From: a virus
IMG/VR virus record: IMGVR_UViG_3300031963_000009
Strand: one strand, 5' to 3'
DNA length: 64,000 nt
Positions 40,088-53,900 of the stretch are shown one piece after another. Under the pieces are notes generated by a model that did not search any database, was not told where the DNA came from, and worked only from the letters and a program-made list of their open reading frames with translations. How positions within the stretch are numbered: position 1 is the first letter of the stretch; each line of letters opens with the position of its first letter. Made by a program: the position numbers and the translations under genes.

Positions 40088-41958
40088 TGTCATTCAATCA
40101 GTTTACCAACTTAGATTTTAATGATCTAAGAACACAAATTAAAGATTACCTTAGATCCAACAGTGATTTTACTGATTTTGATTTTGAAGGGTCTAATTTT
40201 TCTACGCTGATTGATTTACTCGCATATAATAGCTACGTTACCGCCTTTAATACAAACATGGCGGTTAATGAAGTATTTTTGGACAGTGCAACACTAAGAG
40301 AAAATATTGTTTCTCTTGCACGTAACATTGGATATACACCAAGATCGAGAAGATCTGCAAAAGCTAGAATAAGTTTTAATGTTGACTTAACTACATCAAG
40401 TGCGGCTAGAACTTTAAAGATTCAAGCAGGTCAAGTAGCACTTGGAGCTGTAAGAGATGGTAATTATATTTTTTCTATTCCAGAGGATGTAACAACTCCA
40501 GTTGATAATAACGGTATTGCTACATTTGAGAACCTAGAAATCTATGAAGGGGTTTATTTAACAAGTACTTTTACAGTAGATTCATCCCAGAAAAATCAAA
40601 GATTTATTTTACCTAATGTAAATATTGATACTACAACAATTAGGGTATCAGTAAGAAACTCAGTAACAGAACAATATACTCTTTATACTGATATTCTGAA
40701 TGTTGGTCCAGATACAAGAATGTTTCTTATTGAAGAAGTAGCTGACCAAAAATATGAAATTCGTTTTGGTGACGGTATCTTAGGAAAAAAACCTGCATCC
40801 GGTAGTGACATTATAGTGACCTACATTGTGACTAATGGTAGTTTAGGTAACAGTGCTTCTAATTTTACTTTTGCAGGGGTTCTAAGGGATAATAACCAGG
40901 CTGCAGTATCAACTGGCATCTCCCTACTCAGAACACTTTCTGCGTCCCAAAACGGCGATGAAATAGAAAGTGTAGACTCTATCAAGTACCTAGCGCCAAG
41001 AGTTTATGCATCCCAGTTCCGTGCAGTTACTGCAAATGATTTCAAAGGATTAGTTCCTTATGTATACAGTAATGTGGAATCTGTTACTGCATATGGTGGT
41101 GAAGAATTAGATCCTCCAGAATATGGAAAAGTTTTTATTTCTATTAAACCTAGAAATGGTACTTTTCTATCGCAAATTACAAAAGAAGATATTTTAAGAA
41201 ATTTAAAACAATATTCTATTGCAGGAATCAGACCAGAAATAATAGACCTTTCATATCTGTATATTGAACTTGATACTACAGTTTATTACAATGTAAACCA
41301 AGTATCAAGTGCAGATGGATTACGCACTAAAGTATTAAATACTCTTACATCATATGCTAGATCTAGTGATGTAAATAGTTTTGGTGGAAGATTTAAATTC
41401 AGTAAAATCAATACTTTGATTGATGGAACTGATCAAGCAATCACTTCCAACATTACTAAAGTTAGAATGAGGAGAGATTTTACTCCTGCTTATAATACTT
41501 TTGCAACGTATGAAGTTTGTTTTGGTAATAGAGTTCACATCAAACGAGGCGGTTATTCAGTAAAATCTACTGGATTTACTATAAGTGGAGTTGATGAAAC
41601 TCTATATATGGGGGATACCCAGATTGATGATATTAGTGGAAGAATTTTCTTCTTTAAAGTGGAAAATAATGTTCCTGTAATAATTAAAGCCAATGCTGGA
41701 ACAATAAATTATAAGAGTGGAGAAATATTATTGGACGTTGTAAATATAACTGGATCTTCTCTTCAAAATGGATTTATTGAGGTTCAGGCAGTTCCAGAAT
41801 CAAATGATATTATTGGATTAAAAGATCTTTACTTACAAATTGATGTTCAAAATTCTGTGGTAAATACTATAGAAGATATTATTACATCAGGTGAAAATAC
41901 AGCAGCTACATTGTTTACACCGACTTCAAGTTATTTAAACGGAAAGTACACTAGATAA
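40087..41958 (+). CDS. gp6: Baseplate wedge subunit gp6
   Basis: LDFNDLRTQIKDYL..FTDFDFEGSN..LIDLLAYN, FLDSATLRENIVSLARNIGY.PRS, FGDG..G, RAVTANDF. Confidence 0.93.
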   Translation: MSFNQFTNLDFNDLRTQIKDYLRSNSDFTDFDFEGSNFSTLIDLLAYNSYVTAFNTNMAVNEVFLDSATLRENIVSLARNIGYTPRSRRSAKARISFNVDLTTSSAARTLKIQAGQVALGAVRDGNYIFSIPEDVTTPVDNNGIATFENLEIYEGVYLTSTFTVDSSQKNQRFILPNVNIDTTTIRVSVRNSVTEQYTLYTDILNVGPDTRMFLIEEVADQKYEIRFGDGILGKKPASGSDIIVTYIVTNGSLGNSASNFTFAGVLRDNNQAAVSTGISLLRTLSASQNGDEIESVDSIKYLAPRVYASQFRAVTANDFKGLVPYVYSNVESVTAYGGEELDPPEYGKVFISIKPRNGTFLSQITKEDILRNLKQYSIAGIRPEIIDLSYLYIELDTTVYYNVNQVSSADGLRTKVLNTLTSYARSSDVNSFGGRFKFSKINTLIDGTDQAITSNITKVRMRRDFTPAYNTFATYEVCFGNRVHIKRGGYSVKSTGFTISGVDETLYMGDTQIDDISGRIFFFKVENNVPVIIKANAGTINYKSGEILLDVVNITGSSLQNGFIEVQAVPESNDIIGLKDLYLQIDVQNSVVNTIEDIITSGENTAATLFTPTSSYLNGKYTR

Positions 41959-41959
41959 A

Positions 41960-44900
41960 ATGACAGATATCAAGAGAGTTAGAATCAACGACATCGTGGA
42001 ATCTCAGATTCCAGAGTTTTTAAATGAGGAATCTCCTTTATTTAAAGTTTTTTTGAAGTCTTACTATAATTCTTTAGATCATAAGTCTGGTGCTATAGAT
42101 TTAGTTGATAACATAAAGTTTTATAAAAGTGTAGAGGCTTTTAATAATAATGATTTAGTTCAGTCAACGACTTTAAATGGGTACATTTATGCGTCAGATA
42201 GTACCATTAATGTCGATAGTACTGATTCTTGGCCAGAAAAATATGGACTATTAAAGATAGATGATGAAATTATAACTTATACTGAAAAAACTGCCACATC
42301 TTTTATCGGATGTATAAGAGGATTTAGTGGAATAGATCAAATAAAATCCACACAAAATTCAGAGTTTTTACAATTTCAGAAAACAGAAGCAGAAGAACAC
42401 GAAGATAACTCTATTGTATATAATTTAAGTAATTTATTTTTAGTAGAATTCTTTGAAAAGTTTAAATATGAATTTGTACCTGGATTTGAATCAAGATCTT
42501 TTTCTGAAGGAATTTCCTCAGAAAATATTTTAACAAGAATTAAAGATTTTTATAGATCCAAAGGAACAAATTCATCATATGAAATTTTATTCAAAATTTT
42601 ATATGGTAAAGATATTCAAATAATTAAACCACAAGATTATACACTAGTACCTTCATCTAATAGCTATTTTGTAACAAAAAATATTTTAGTAGAAAAAATT
42701 TCTGGAGGAGATCCAACAGAAACAAAAGGAAATTTTTTATACCAAAATCTTCCTGGTATAGGTACAGTTAGTGCTTCGATTTATAACGTAGAATATAGAC
42801 CTATAGGAAATAAACTATTTTATGAAATATCTTTAGACTCTACTTCTTTTAGTGGAGTATTTCAAGTTTCTGGTAAAACTAAAGTATTAGAATATACTCC
42901 TGCAGGTTCAAATAGTATTCTTGTAGACTCTACTATTGGATTTTCTAAATCTGGAAAACTTTTAGTAAAACCAAAAGATTCTAATTATATAGAAATTACT
43001 TACTCTGATAAGAGTAGCAATCAATTTTTAGGAGTTAGTGGAGTTACTAAGCCTCTTGACTTTTCTTTGGATATTGTAGAAGAGAAATTTGCTTACAGTT
43101 ACATTGGTGTTGGTAATACATCTAAAGTAGATTTTAGAGTTATCAATGTAATTGATTCTATAGATTTCTCAGAAACTTCCAATTTAAAAGTAGGTGATAA
43201 GATAAGACTATCAGGTTTTGGTAAGGATATGTCTTCTAGCTATCAATTTAGTAGCTGGATATACAATGTTCCAACAAATCACAATATAAAAAATGTATCT
43301 CAGGTAGATTCCGATAAGTATAGGATAATATTATATGATGAGGTTTCTTTTTATAAAGAACAGACTATAAAACTGGAAGATATCTTAGGAAATATTTCTG
43401 ATGCTACCATTCTAGATGTAGAGTATCCAGCTGGAGATACAATTAAAAAGTATACTAATAGAATTCTAGTTCAAGTTACTGGGTCTACTTTTAATGTTTT
43501 GGATTCTAAAATATTAAAAACTTTAATCATAAAATCTAGTCATTTTTCCAATGATTATTCATATATTAATATTATCCCATCCGGAGTACAAAATACCTAT
43601 ATTGATTTTAAAGAACAAAATTTTTATGTAACTTCTACTGGTTTACCAAATTATACTATTGAGGCTTCTGATACTAAAAAAACAATCTCGGTAGTAGGAG
43701 CTTCTTCCACAAGTTTAATTTATTGTCCAAGACATAATATACAAACTGGAGAATCTGTTTATTATGATCCAGGTACTAATTCCACTTCAGGGTTATCTAC
43801 TGGATTTTATTTTGTAACTAGAGTAGATTTAGATAACATAAAATTATCTTTCAGTAAAAATGATATTTTCTCCAAGAAGTATATTACACTGAATCCATTA
43901 ACTGGTAATTTAGATTTTATCTATAAATCTGGATATCAAAATAAAATCATAAAAAATCAAAAGATATTTAAAAAGTTTGATCTTACTGGTAGAAAGAAAA
44001 TTTTTGATGATAAGAATAAAAGATCTACCAATAATAAACAAATAGGACTTTTATCAAATGGAGTTGAGATACTATCTCCAACATTATTTGACGAAAATAT
44101 TTACTATGGAAAGTTGAGTTCAATTGAGGTAACTAATTCTGGAAAAGATTATGATGTTGTAAATGTTCCACAAATAATAATTCAAGATGAACAAGGATCT
44201 AATGCAAAAGCTCACTTAAATTTAAGTGGTGAAGTAAAATCTATTAAAGTTATTAATCCAGGAATTGGATATCAAACAAAACCAAAAATTACTATAACTG
44301 GCGGAAATGGTAGTGGATGCGTATTAGAATCAAATTTAGTAAAGTCAAGGATTACTGTTGGTTTTAGACCAAGTATATCTGTAGATGTTGGATCAAACTC
44401 TATTACCTTTATTAATAATCATAATCTCGTAGACGGCGAAGAAATAATTTACAATTCAAATGGAAACGCTAACATAATTGGATTAGTAGATAAATCTCAT
44501 TATTTTGTTGGGGTTTCTTCTGAAAAAATTATTAAGCTATATAATACCTTCACAGATGCAGTTGATAAAACAAATGAAATAAACATAACTGGTATTAGTT
44601 CTGGTTCTCATTCTTTAGAAACACTAAAAAATAAAAATACTATTACTAGGGTTTATGTAAAGGATCCCGGTAAAGGTTATTCTAACAGAGCAGTAAGAAT
44701 TCCATCGCAATTTACAACAGGAGAAACTGTAGGTATCAACACTTTTGATTCTTACATTTTTGCGACTAAACATGGATTTAATGATGGTGAATTAGTAACA
44801 TATAATCATACTGGAACTCCAATTTCAGGATTATCGACATCAATTAATTATTATGTAAAAGTTTTAGATGCAAATAGATTTAAGTTATCTGTAGCTGGTA

Positions 44901-47900
44901 TTGGAACTACTCTTTCCAAAGAAGATTTTTCAAATAAAAAATATGTTAAGTTTTCTAGTGTAGGCCTTGGTACACATATAATTGCATATCCGCCAATTAC
45001 AATTAATGTAGAAACTATTTCCGAAATTGGTGAAAGTAGTATAGTGACTCCCATTCTACAACCTGTGGTTTTGGGATCAATATCTGATGTTTATCTTGAA
45101 GATGGTGGCATTGGATATGGTTGCACAGATATTTTAAATTTCCATAGAAGACCTTTGGTTACAGTTCAGACCGTAACTTCTGAGTGTGTATTAAAACCTA
45201 TTATTCTTGGTGGTTCTATTATAGATGTAAAGATAATAAACAGTGGAAATGGATATAGAGCTGACTCAGATATTGTAATAAGTGGAGATGGATCTTTTGC
45301 TGAAATTGACCCAATAGTTACGAATGGTAGAGTAACTGGTGTCAATGTATTACGTGGAGGTGTTGGATATGCATCTTCTAATACCGTATTAACTGTTGTT
45401 AATAGAGGTAAAGATGCTAAGTTCCTAGCAAATGTTAATGAATGGAAAATTAATCAGGTAATTAAACTTTCTGGACAAATTTCCAATGAAGATGATGGAG
45501 TATTGTTCCCCAGTAAAAATGAAGATCTTGGATTACAATTTATAAATTTCTATGCACCTAAAAAGTTAAGATATCAATTAGATGATAACTTTACCGAAAC
45601 AAATAAAGAAAGTCCAAATAATAAAGTACACTCTCCAATACTAGGATTTTCTTATGATGGATATCCTATTTACGGACCATATGGCTATGATCCATTAGTT
45701 GGTGGTACTATAAGACTATTAAAAACAAGTTATGAACTTCAACCTGATTTAACGCCAGGAATTAGACCTCCAGGGTTTATTGCAGGGTATTTCATTGATG
45801 ACTATATTTTTACCGGATCCGGAGATTTAGATCAATATAATGGAAGATGGTGTAAAACTCCACAGTATCCTAATGGAACTTATGCTTACTTTAGTTCAAT
45901 AACTGTTGATCCTACTGGCAAATCCTCTCCAACATATCCATATATTATTGGAAAATATTTTAGAGGTACTCCAATAGAGGACAATTTCTTACAAAAAATA
46001 AATCAAGATACGGATCTATCTTCATATAGAATAACAAGAAATATTGGCCCATATTATATTAATAGTAATAATTCTGGATATGATTTGATTGATAAAATTT
46101 CTGATACTTATAAACAAGAATTTAGAGTTAAGGAAGTTCAGGATTCCGGTATTGAGAGTGCAGTTATATTTTCTCCTGGGGACAATTATAGAATAAATGA
46201 TAGACTTTTAATTAATAATAAGAATACATCTGGAACTGGAGCAAATATTGTAGTAGATTCTTTAAAAGGAAAAGAAATAGAATCTTTTATGATCGAGGAT
46301 GTAAAAATAGAAAATGTTACATTCTTATTTAAAAATGATGTAGTAGTCGTCCAAACAACAGAACCACATGAACTTTCTAATGGTGAAGTGATAACGATAA
46401 CTGGTGTTTCTACCATAACTGCTTCTGAATTGGAAGGTAACTGGAAAGTATCAGTAGAAAATAAAACAGTTCAATTATCTGAAAATATTACAGTTGCTGC
46501 TTCTGGTGTTACCACTTTTATTGGTGTTAAGGACATAAACGGATTTAATGTTAATGATGTTATTGGCATAGGAACAGAAATTTTAAGGATAGTTGACATA
46601 TCTGCTCCTAGATCTGGATTTTATGTTAATAGGTTAGCAAATCCAGGAATTCATACAGCAGGAATAGATAATGTTAGGTTATTGCCAACAAGTTTTGAGT
46701 TTGTACCAAAGAGTCCTGTAACTCAAGCTACCTTTGAAAATAGTGTAACATTTTTCAATCCAAAAGAAACTGTAGGTACAGGAACAGATAAAACTATAAG
46801 ATATATTGTCGGTATTGGAACCAGCACTGTTGAAGCCAGGGTTATCCCATCCAGATCCATTTATATACCAAATCATAGATTTTACACTGGTGAACCTCTT
46901 TTATATGGTCCAGGTTTAGGTGGAACTAGTTTATATTTTAATAATGTGGGTAGTGGAGTAAGTATTCCACTTTTAGATGGTCAAATAGTTTATGCCGTTA
47001 ATTTGGGTAAAGATCATATTGGATTATCGACACTTGGATTTACCACAACTAGTGGTATAGGAACTAATTTAAATTCAGTAGAATTTGTTAATTTTGATTA
47101 CTCATTTAGTATAATTGGTTCAGCACACTCACTGACAACATTATATCCAGAAATAAAAGGATCTATTTCCAAACATAATGGTATAGTAACTACTACTAGT
47201 AGTCATGGATTAAGTAATAATGATATAGTTAATCTCAGTATTAATAATAGAGAACTAGATGAAGTAAAGATTCTTTATAATCCTGAAATAAGAAAATTAA
47301 CAACTGCAAAAATACCTTTCGCTAATACTGATGTTTCTATTGCTGATAATACAATAGGTATTGGGTCAGCTATTTTAAAAACTGGAGATAAAGTAGTTTA
47401 TCATACTGAGGGAAGTACTGTTGGTGGATTGCAAAATAATAGTACTTATTATATTTTAAGACTAAATCTGAATAGAATTCAACTTTGTGAATATGAATCT
47501 GATATTAAGAACTCCAATGTAATAGATCTTACATCAACTGGACATGTATCGCATGGTTTTTATCTAATAAACCCTCCATTGAATTTTGTCGAAGGTAGTA
47601 TTATAAAATTTGATTTGTCTGATCCAAGTCTTCTTGAAATGGATCTACAATTCTATGAAGATCCCGATTTCCAAAATACTGTAGAGGTTATTGGAAATGA
47701 TATTGATAACTTTGTTATTTCTAGAACTTTGGAATCACCAGGAACTTTTGGATCTTACGTTACTTTAGATTCATCTAATAAACAATACCCTAAATTACTG
47801 TATTATAATTTAATCGCTAAAAATCCACTAGATCTTAGAAAAAAAGAAATAACATCCGATAGAGAAGTAAAAGGAAATAATAAATTAACGGTAACTAAAC

Positions 47901-50900
47901 ACTCTTTAGATAAGAGTTATATAGTTTCAGTGCCAAATGATACTACATTTACTTTCAATCTAAGTCAAAAATTAACTAAGCTTGAAGAACAGGCATATAT
48001 TTCTTCTAATGAAAATGTTACTTATACTACAAAATCTAAAACGGCTTTAGGTCCAATAAATTCTCTTAAAATTAATTTCCCAGGAAGAGGTTATAAAAAA
48101 TTACCTTTTGTTGAAGGAATTGACACGCAATTTGGTGAAAATGCTATTATTAAACTCAAATCTTCCAAAATAGGTAGAGTCGAAGATTATGAGAGAATCA
48201 AAGATGGATTTGATTATCCAACAGATCCAACTTTAACTCCTTCTTTAAGTGTACCAACAGTTATTGGAATAAGAGATATTTTAACTATAGATTCTGTTGG
48301 TATTTTAACTGGAGGTAGAGGATATAATACTGCTCCGACTTTATTTGTAAAGGATAACCCATCAATAAAATTAAAAGCTGATATAACTGGAGGTTCAGTA
48401 ACAAAAGTCACTATAGTTAACAACTCAACTTCTTTGAGTTCACCACTACAAATTTCCTCAATTTATAATTCTAATGGATATGATATTGATAATGTTTCTG
48501 TTTCTGGAAATGATGTAACTTTAGAATTATTAGATACTAATTTTATTAATGTTGGTTTTGGGAATACACAAATTGATTTTCCTTTCGCAGTTGGAGATGA
48601 AATTTTTATTGAAGGTTGCCGACTGACTAATTCCACTTCATCCAAGGCAAACTTTAATTCTAAATCATATGGATATAGATTCTTTAAAATTACTTCCACT
48701 AGCGTAGAAAATAAAACCATTACTTATAGTATGTCTGGTATTTCTACGGGAGATTTTGGTACTTATGATGATACCATTACTTTGGGATATGTAGTTAATA
48801 AAAAATCTATGCCATCATTTGAGATGATCTTAAATGATAATGTTAACTATCTGTCTGGAGAAAGAGTAACTTCTAGAGTCTTCTCTGGAAATGTAATGGA
48901 GGGTGGATGGGATAATGAACTAAACCAGTTGAGAATAAATGATTCTGCTGGAAGTTTGATAGTTGGAGACAGAATATTTGGAGAAAATTCCAAAATAAAT
49001 GGAGTAGTTGAATATTTTGATACTTTTAATCTAAACTCTACTTTAGGAGTTTCCAGAGATAAAGTTGGAGTGATAGACAATGCTGTTGGAATATTAAATG
49101 ATTTCCAACAAAGAATTTCAGATAATTTCTATTATCAAAAGTTTTCTTATGCTATTAAGAGCGAAATACCTTATGATTCTTGGAGAGAATCTGTAAGATC
49201 CTTGGTGCATCCATCCGGATTTAAAGAATTTTCAGACTTAGAAATCGTTACCGAGGCTACTCAACCCGAAGTTCAAATTGGTATATCAAAATCTACAGAT
49301 CTAAGACCAACAGTTTTAGAATCAGCATCATCATTCCTAGTTAATGTTGATAATAAAATTTCTATTGGTGAAAGAAGTAATTTTAATTTAGTTTATGAGG
49401 AAGATTTTCTTGATGATGGTTCTGTAGAGAAGGTATTCTTTAATGAAGGTATTGCTTTAAGAAATTATATTTTAAATAAAACAAATAAAGTTGTAACAAT
49501 AGATGACATTAGTAGTCAATTTGATGGATCATCAATTCAAACTCTTGATGGAACTTATGCTGATGCTTCTGATCTATTAGATGGAAACAAAGCTTTTATT
49601 CAGCAAGAAGTAGTTGGATTTATCACTGCAACTTATCCTGGAATAGTTACCAGTGTTGGATGGAGTAAAACCAGTTTTACTGAAGAAATAGGAAATGTTG
49701 TAGATGCTATATCTCATGACATTAAGTACAATTCTAACAATAAATCAGTAGGCCAGGGACTGGATTATTGGTCTGGTATTGGAACAAGTTATATTTCTGG
49801 CATCACCACTGAAAGATTATCTGCTTATAATTACATAACAGATATATCAAAATACATTATTAATAATGTTGGAGTTAAAACTTCATATCAACTTGGAACT
49901 CCATTTGCAATAACAACTTCATCTTATAATAATGTTACTGGAATTCAGACTATTAGATTAACTCCCGCAAATATAGTTAATTTAAATGCCTCTGTTGGTG
50001 ATTACGTTGTAGTTAAAAATCTAGTTTTTTCTTGCAACTCTGGTGGAGGAATAAGTACTGCAATATTCCCAAATCTTGGTGCAGGTTTGGATGGAAACGG
50101 CCCATTATCACCAAAAGGATTTGTATATGAAATTATTGGAATAGGTTTGAGTACGATAGAAATAAATCCAGGAATATCTACTATTGATCACACATATGTT
50201 GGTGGCGGCACGGTAGAAAAAGCATTTATATCTACCAGTCAGTACTATAATTTTTCAATTTTAGCAGATTCGGATTGTAGTGTATCTTATAGTTCTAGTT
50301 GTTGTGCTAATGTTCAATCTTCAATTGTGAATTATGTTGGAATTATTACTACAATAATAGGATTAGGAACAGCCTCTAGTCCAGAAATAACCTATCCATC
50401 CATAACAAGAGGTGGAGTTATAGTAGGTTTAACCACATTTAAATTAACATCAAATGGAAATCCACTATTTAAGAGAGAGTTTAGTGGATCTGATTCAAAT
50501 GTAATTAAGATTGACACTGATACTTTTATTTTCAATAATCACAATTTCCAAAGTGGTCAAGAACTGATTTATACCTATTCTGGAACTCCAATTGGAATAG
50601 CAACTACTTCATATACCACTGAAATTAAAGATATTTTAATGCAGGTTGGTAATTATAATGGAACATCAATTTATGAAAATGGGTATGGTGCTGCTATTAC
50701 AACATCAATAACTGGAATTTCTACGGTATTAGTTCCAGCAGGTCCAACAACGCAATTATTTAATGATGTAGTAGGAACCAGTACTTCTGGTGGAATTAAT
50801 GCTGTGTTCGATGTAGTAGTTTCGTATTCTGCAACAACAGGACAACCATTATCAACATCAATTTCTCTGGTTTCAGGTGGAAAAGGATTTGCCGTTGGAC

Positions 50901-53900
50901 AAACAGTATCTATAGCTGGTACTTATTTTAAAGGATCTAATCCAACAAATAATCTCTCATTTGTAGTAAGTTCAACTGGACCAACAGTAATTCAAGCGGC
51001 AGCAAATCAAACCTATTCAAATGTTCCCTCTTTGGATGTAAATGGAGCTACATTTAGTGTTTCTAGAAACAATGATGGAGAAATAAGTTCAATACAAGTT
51101 ACCAATGGCGGATCTGGATATGCATCTACCTCCGTAATTTCTATTGCAGGCACTTACATAGGTGGTTCTAATTCTAACGATAATGTTTCATTTACACCTA
51201 TTGTTCTTGGATCGAATAAACTTCCAAAATCTGTATTTGTCACTAAATTGGATGATAGTAAGTTTAAATTATCAGGATTATCTACTGCAACTATACTCAA
51301 TATAGTTGGTTTTGGTACTGGAATCCATTCATTTGAGTACAAAGAACCCAATACAAGTTCTATTATCACCATAGATGGAGTTATTCAGACTCCAATTAGA
51401 AGTAAATCATTATCCATAACTTTAGGTTCCCCTGTTTCTTCAGCTTCTACAACTTTAATACAAGTTTTAACTGGAATATCTTCTCTTTATACTGGTGACA
51501 TCATTAATATGAATTCCGAATATGTTGTTGTTAAGAATATCGGTGTCGCAGGAACTGATATTATTAAAGTAGAAAGGGGATATTTGGGAACTTCTGCAGG
51601 AGTCCATACTGTTGGAGTAGCTTGTACCGTATTAACTGGTGATTATAATATTGTAGGAGATGTAATTTACTTCACTACAGCACCATATGGAAAAATTGGT
51701 CCAGTAGGATTAAAAACTGGATCTATATTTGGTGGAAGAGTTTTCTCTAGACAATTTGATCCTGGTGAACCTGAAGATAAGAATATTATTTTGGATGATA
51801 TATCTTTATCATTTACTGGAATAGCCGCTACAGAGTTTACTGCAAAAACTAAAGGATCTACAACAACTGCTCTATTCAATAATACTAATTCATCAACAAA
51901 TATCAATAATAATCCTATAATTTTAATTAATAATGTTTTCCAACGTCCTAGAACGGATTATGATATAGACGGTACTTCCGAAAATGTAATTAAGTTTTTA
52001 ACTGGAACTCCTAGTGCGGGTAAAATAGTTAAAGTCGGTGTGACTACTGGATATGGATATTATCCTTTATTGGGCGCGAGTGCAGTGGCTAATGTTTCTG
52101 CAGCTGGAACTATTTCTTCTTTAACTCTTACTGGAAGTGGATCTGGATATAGATTACCTCCAACTGTAGGCATTTATTCTACTGTTGGTTCTGGAGCAAG
52201 TATAACTGCATCAGTTAGTGCAGCCGGTACAATAACCGGGTTCACAATTGTTAACGCTGGATCTGGTTACACTACAACCTCCATCCCAGAAGTTGTAATA
52301 GGAATACCTACTGCCTATAGTAATTTGGGAGTAGCATATACTGGCGGTTCTTCTGGAGTAGGCCAGGGTGCAAAAATTTCAGTTACTGTTGGTCAAGGAT
52401 CTAGTATTATTGATTATAAAATAGATAACCCTGGAATTGGATATAAAGTAGGTGATATATTAAAAGTACCAAATTTACTGATAAATTCTGGATTATCTAC
52501 TGTTTTCCAAGAATTTAGACTAACTGTTAGAGAAGTTCAAACCGATAAGTTTTCTGGTTTTTATCCTGGACAGTTTATATTATTCGATGATTTTTCTGAT
52601 AGATTCAATGGATTCCGTAAAAAGTTTACACTATCCGTTACTAATAACAATGTTAGAGAAATTCTGAGTTTAAAAACTCTCGCTGGAACTGATTTAAACT
52701 TAGAAAATAATCTTTTCATCTATATTAATGATATTTTACAAATTCCTGGAGTTTCTTATACGTTCTCTGGATCTAGAGTTTTATTTACTGAAGCTCCAAA
52801 ACAAAATTCCACCTGCACAGTTTTATATTACAGAGGATCTTCTATAGATGTAGAGGAGGTAACTCCACCACCTACCCTTAAAGAAGGTGACACTATTATT
52901 ATTAAAGAAAATGAGTTTGATCTTTTTGATACTGATCAATTGGAAAGAATTGTCAAAAAAATATCTGCTTCAGATCAAATAGACACTTTTACTTATAATA
53001 GTGTTGGAATAATTACTGATCCAAATAAAAATAGACCTCTAACTTGGATTAAACAGGAATATGATAGAATCATTAGCGGACAACTTTATTCTAAGTCAAG
53101 ATTAAGTTTAAAGAGTAGTATTAGACCTGTTGCTAAACTAATTAAGTCTGTAACTGAAACCGATTCTGTAATTTACGTTGATAATGCGTTCCCAATTTTT
53201 AGTGATGTTGACTTATTAAGTGAAGATAAGAGAAATGTTGTTATAAGTGAAGTTAAAAATATATCAGCAGCAATCTGTACATCTATAGTTTCAAGTTCTT
53301 CAACAATTTCTTCTATTAGTGTTGTTGATGGTGGAGTTGGTTATGCCTATACTCAAAACCCTGTCATCAGTATTTCTAAGTCATTGATTTCTAGAAAAGA
53401 TCCAATTAAAGACTGGAAACCTTCTACAGGAATTACCACAGGATATGAATTAAACTCATTAATTTATGGAAATACTTTGGTTGCTGTTGGATCCTCTTCT
53501 CTATATGCCACAAGTATTGATGCTGAAAGTTGGTCTACAGGATCTATCGGATTTGGTGGAACAATAAACTTTACTTCCGTATCTTGTGGTGGAACAAATG
53601 TTTATATGGCTGTTGGTGAATATGGTATAGTTTCTAAATCACTTGGATATGGAAGTACAGTTGGTCCATGGACTTTAATAAACCTTCTGGAGGAAAGTGT
53701 AGTTCCTGGTTTAGGACTTATAACTAGATTCCCAACAACTTACACGGGAACTCTAAATGACATAGTTTATTCTCCAAATTTAGATTCATGGACTGCTGTT
53801 GGAGCTGCAGGATCAATATTTGGTGGAGTTGGTATAGGATCTACAATGTTAATTAGTAGATTCTCAGGAACACTTCAAAATATTAATAGTATAACTTATT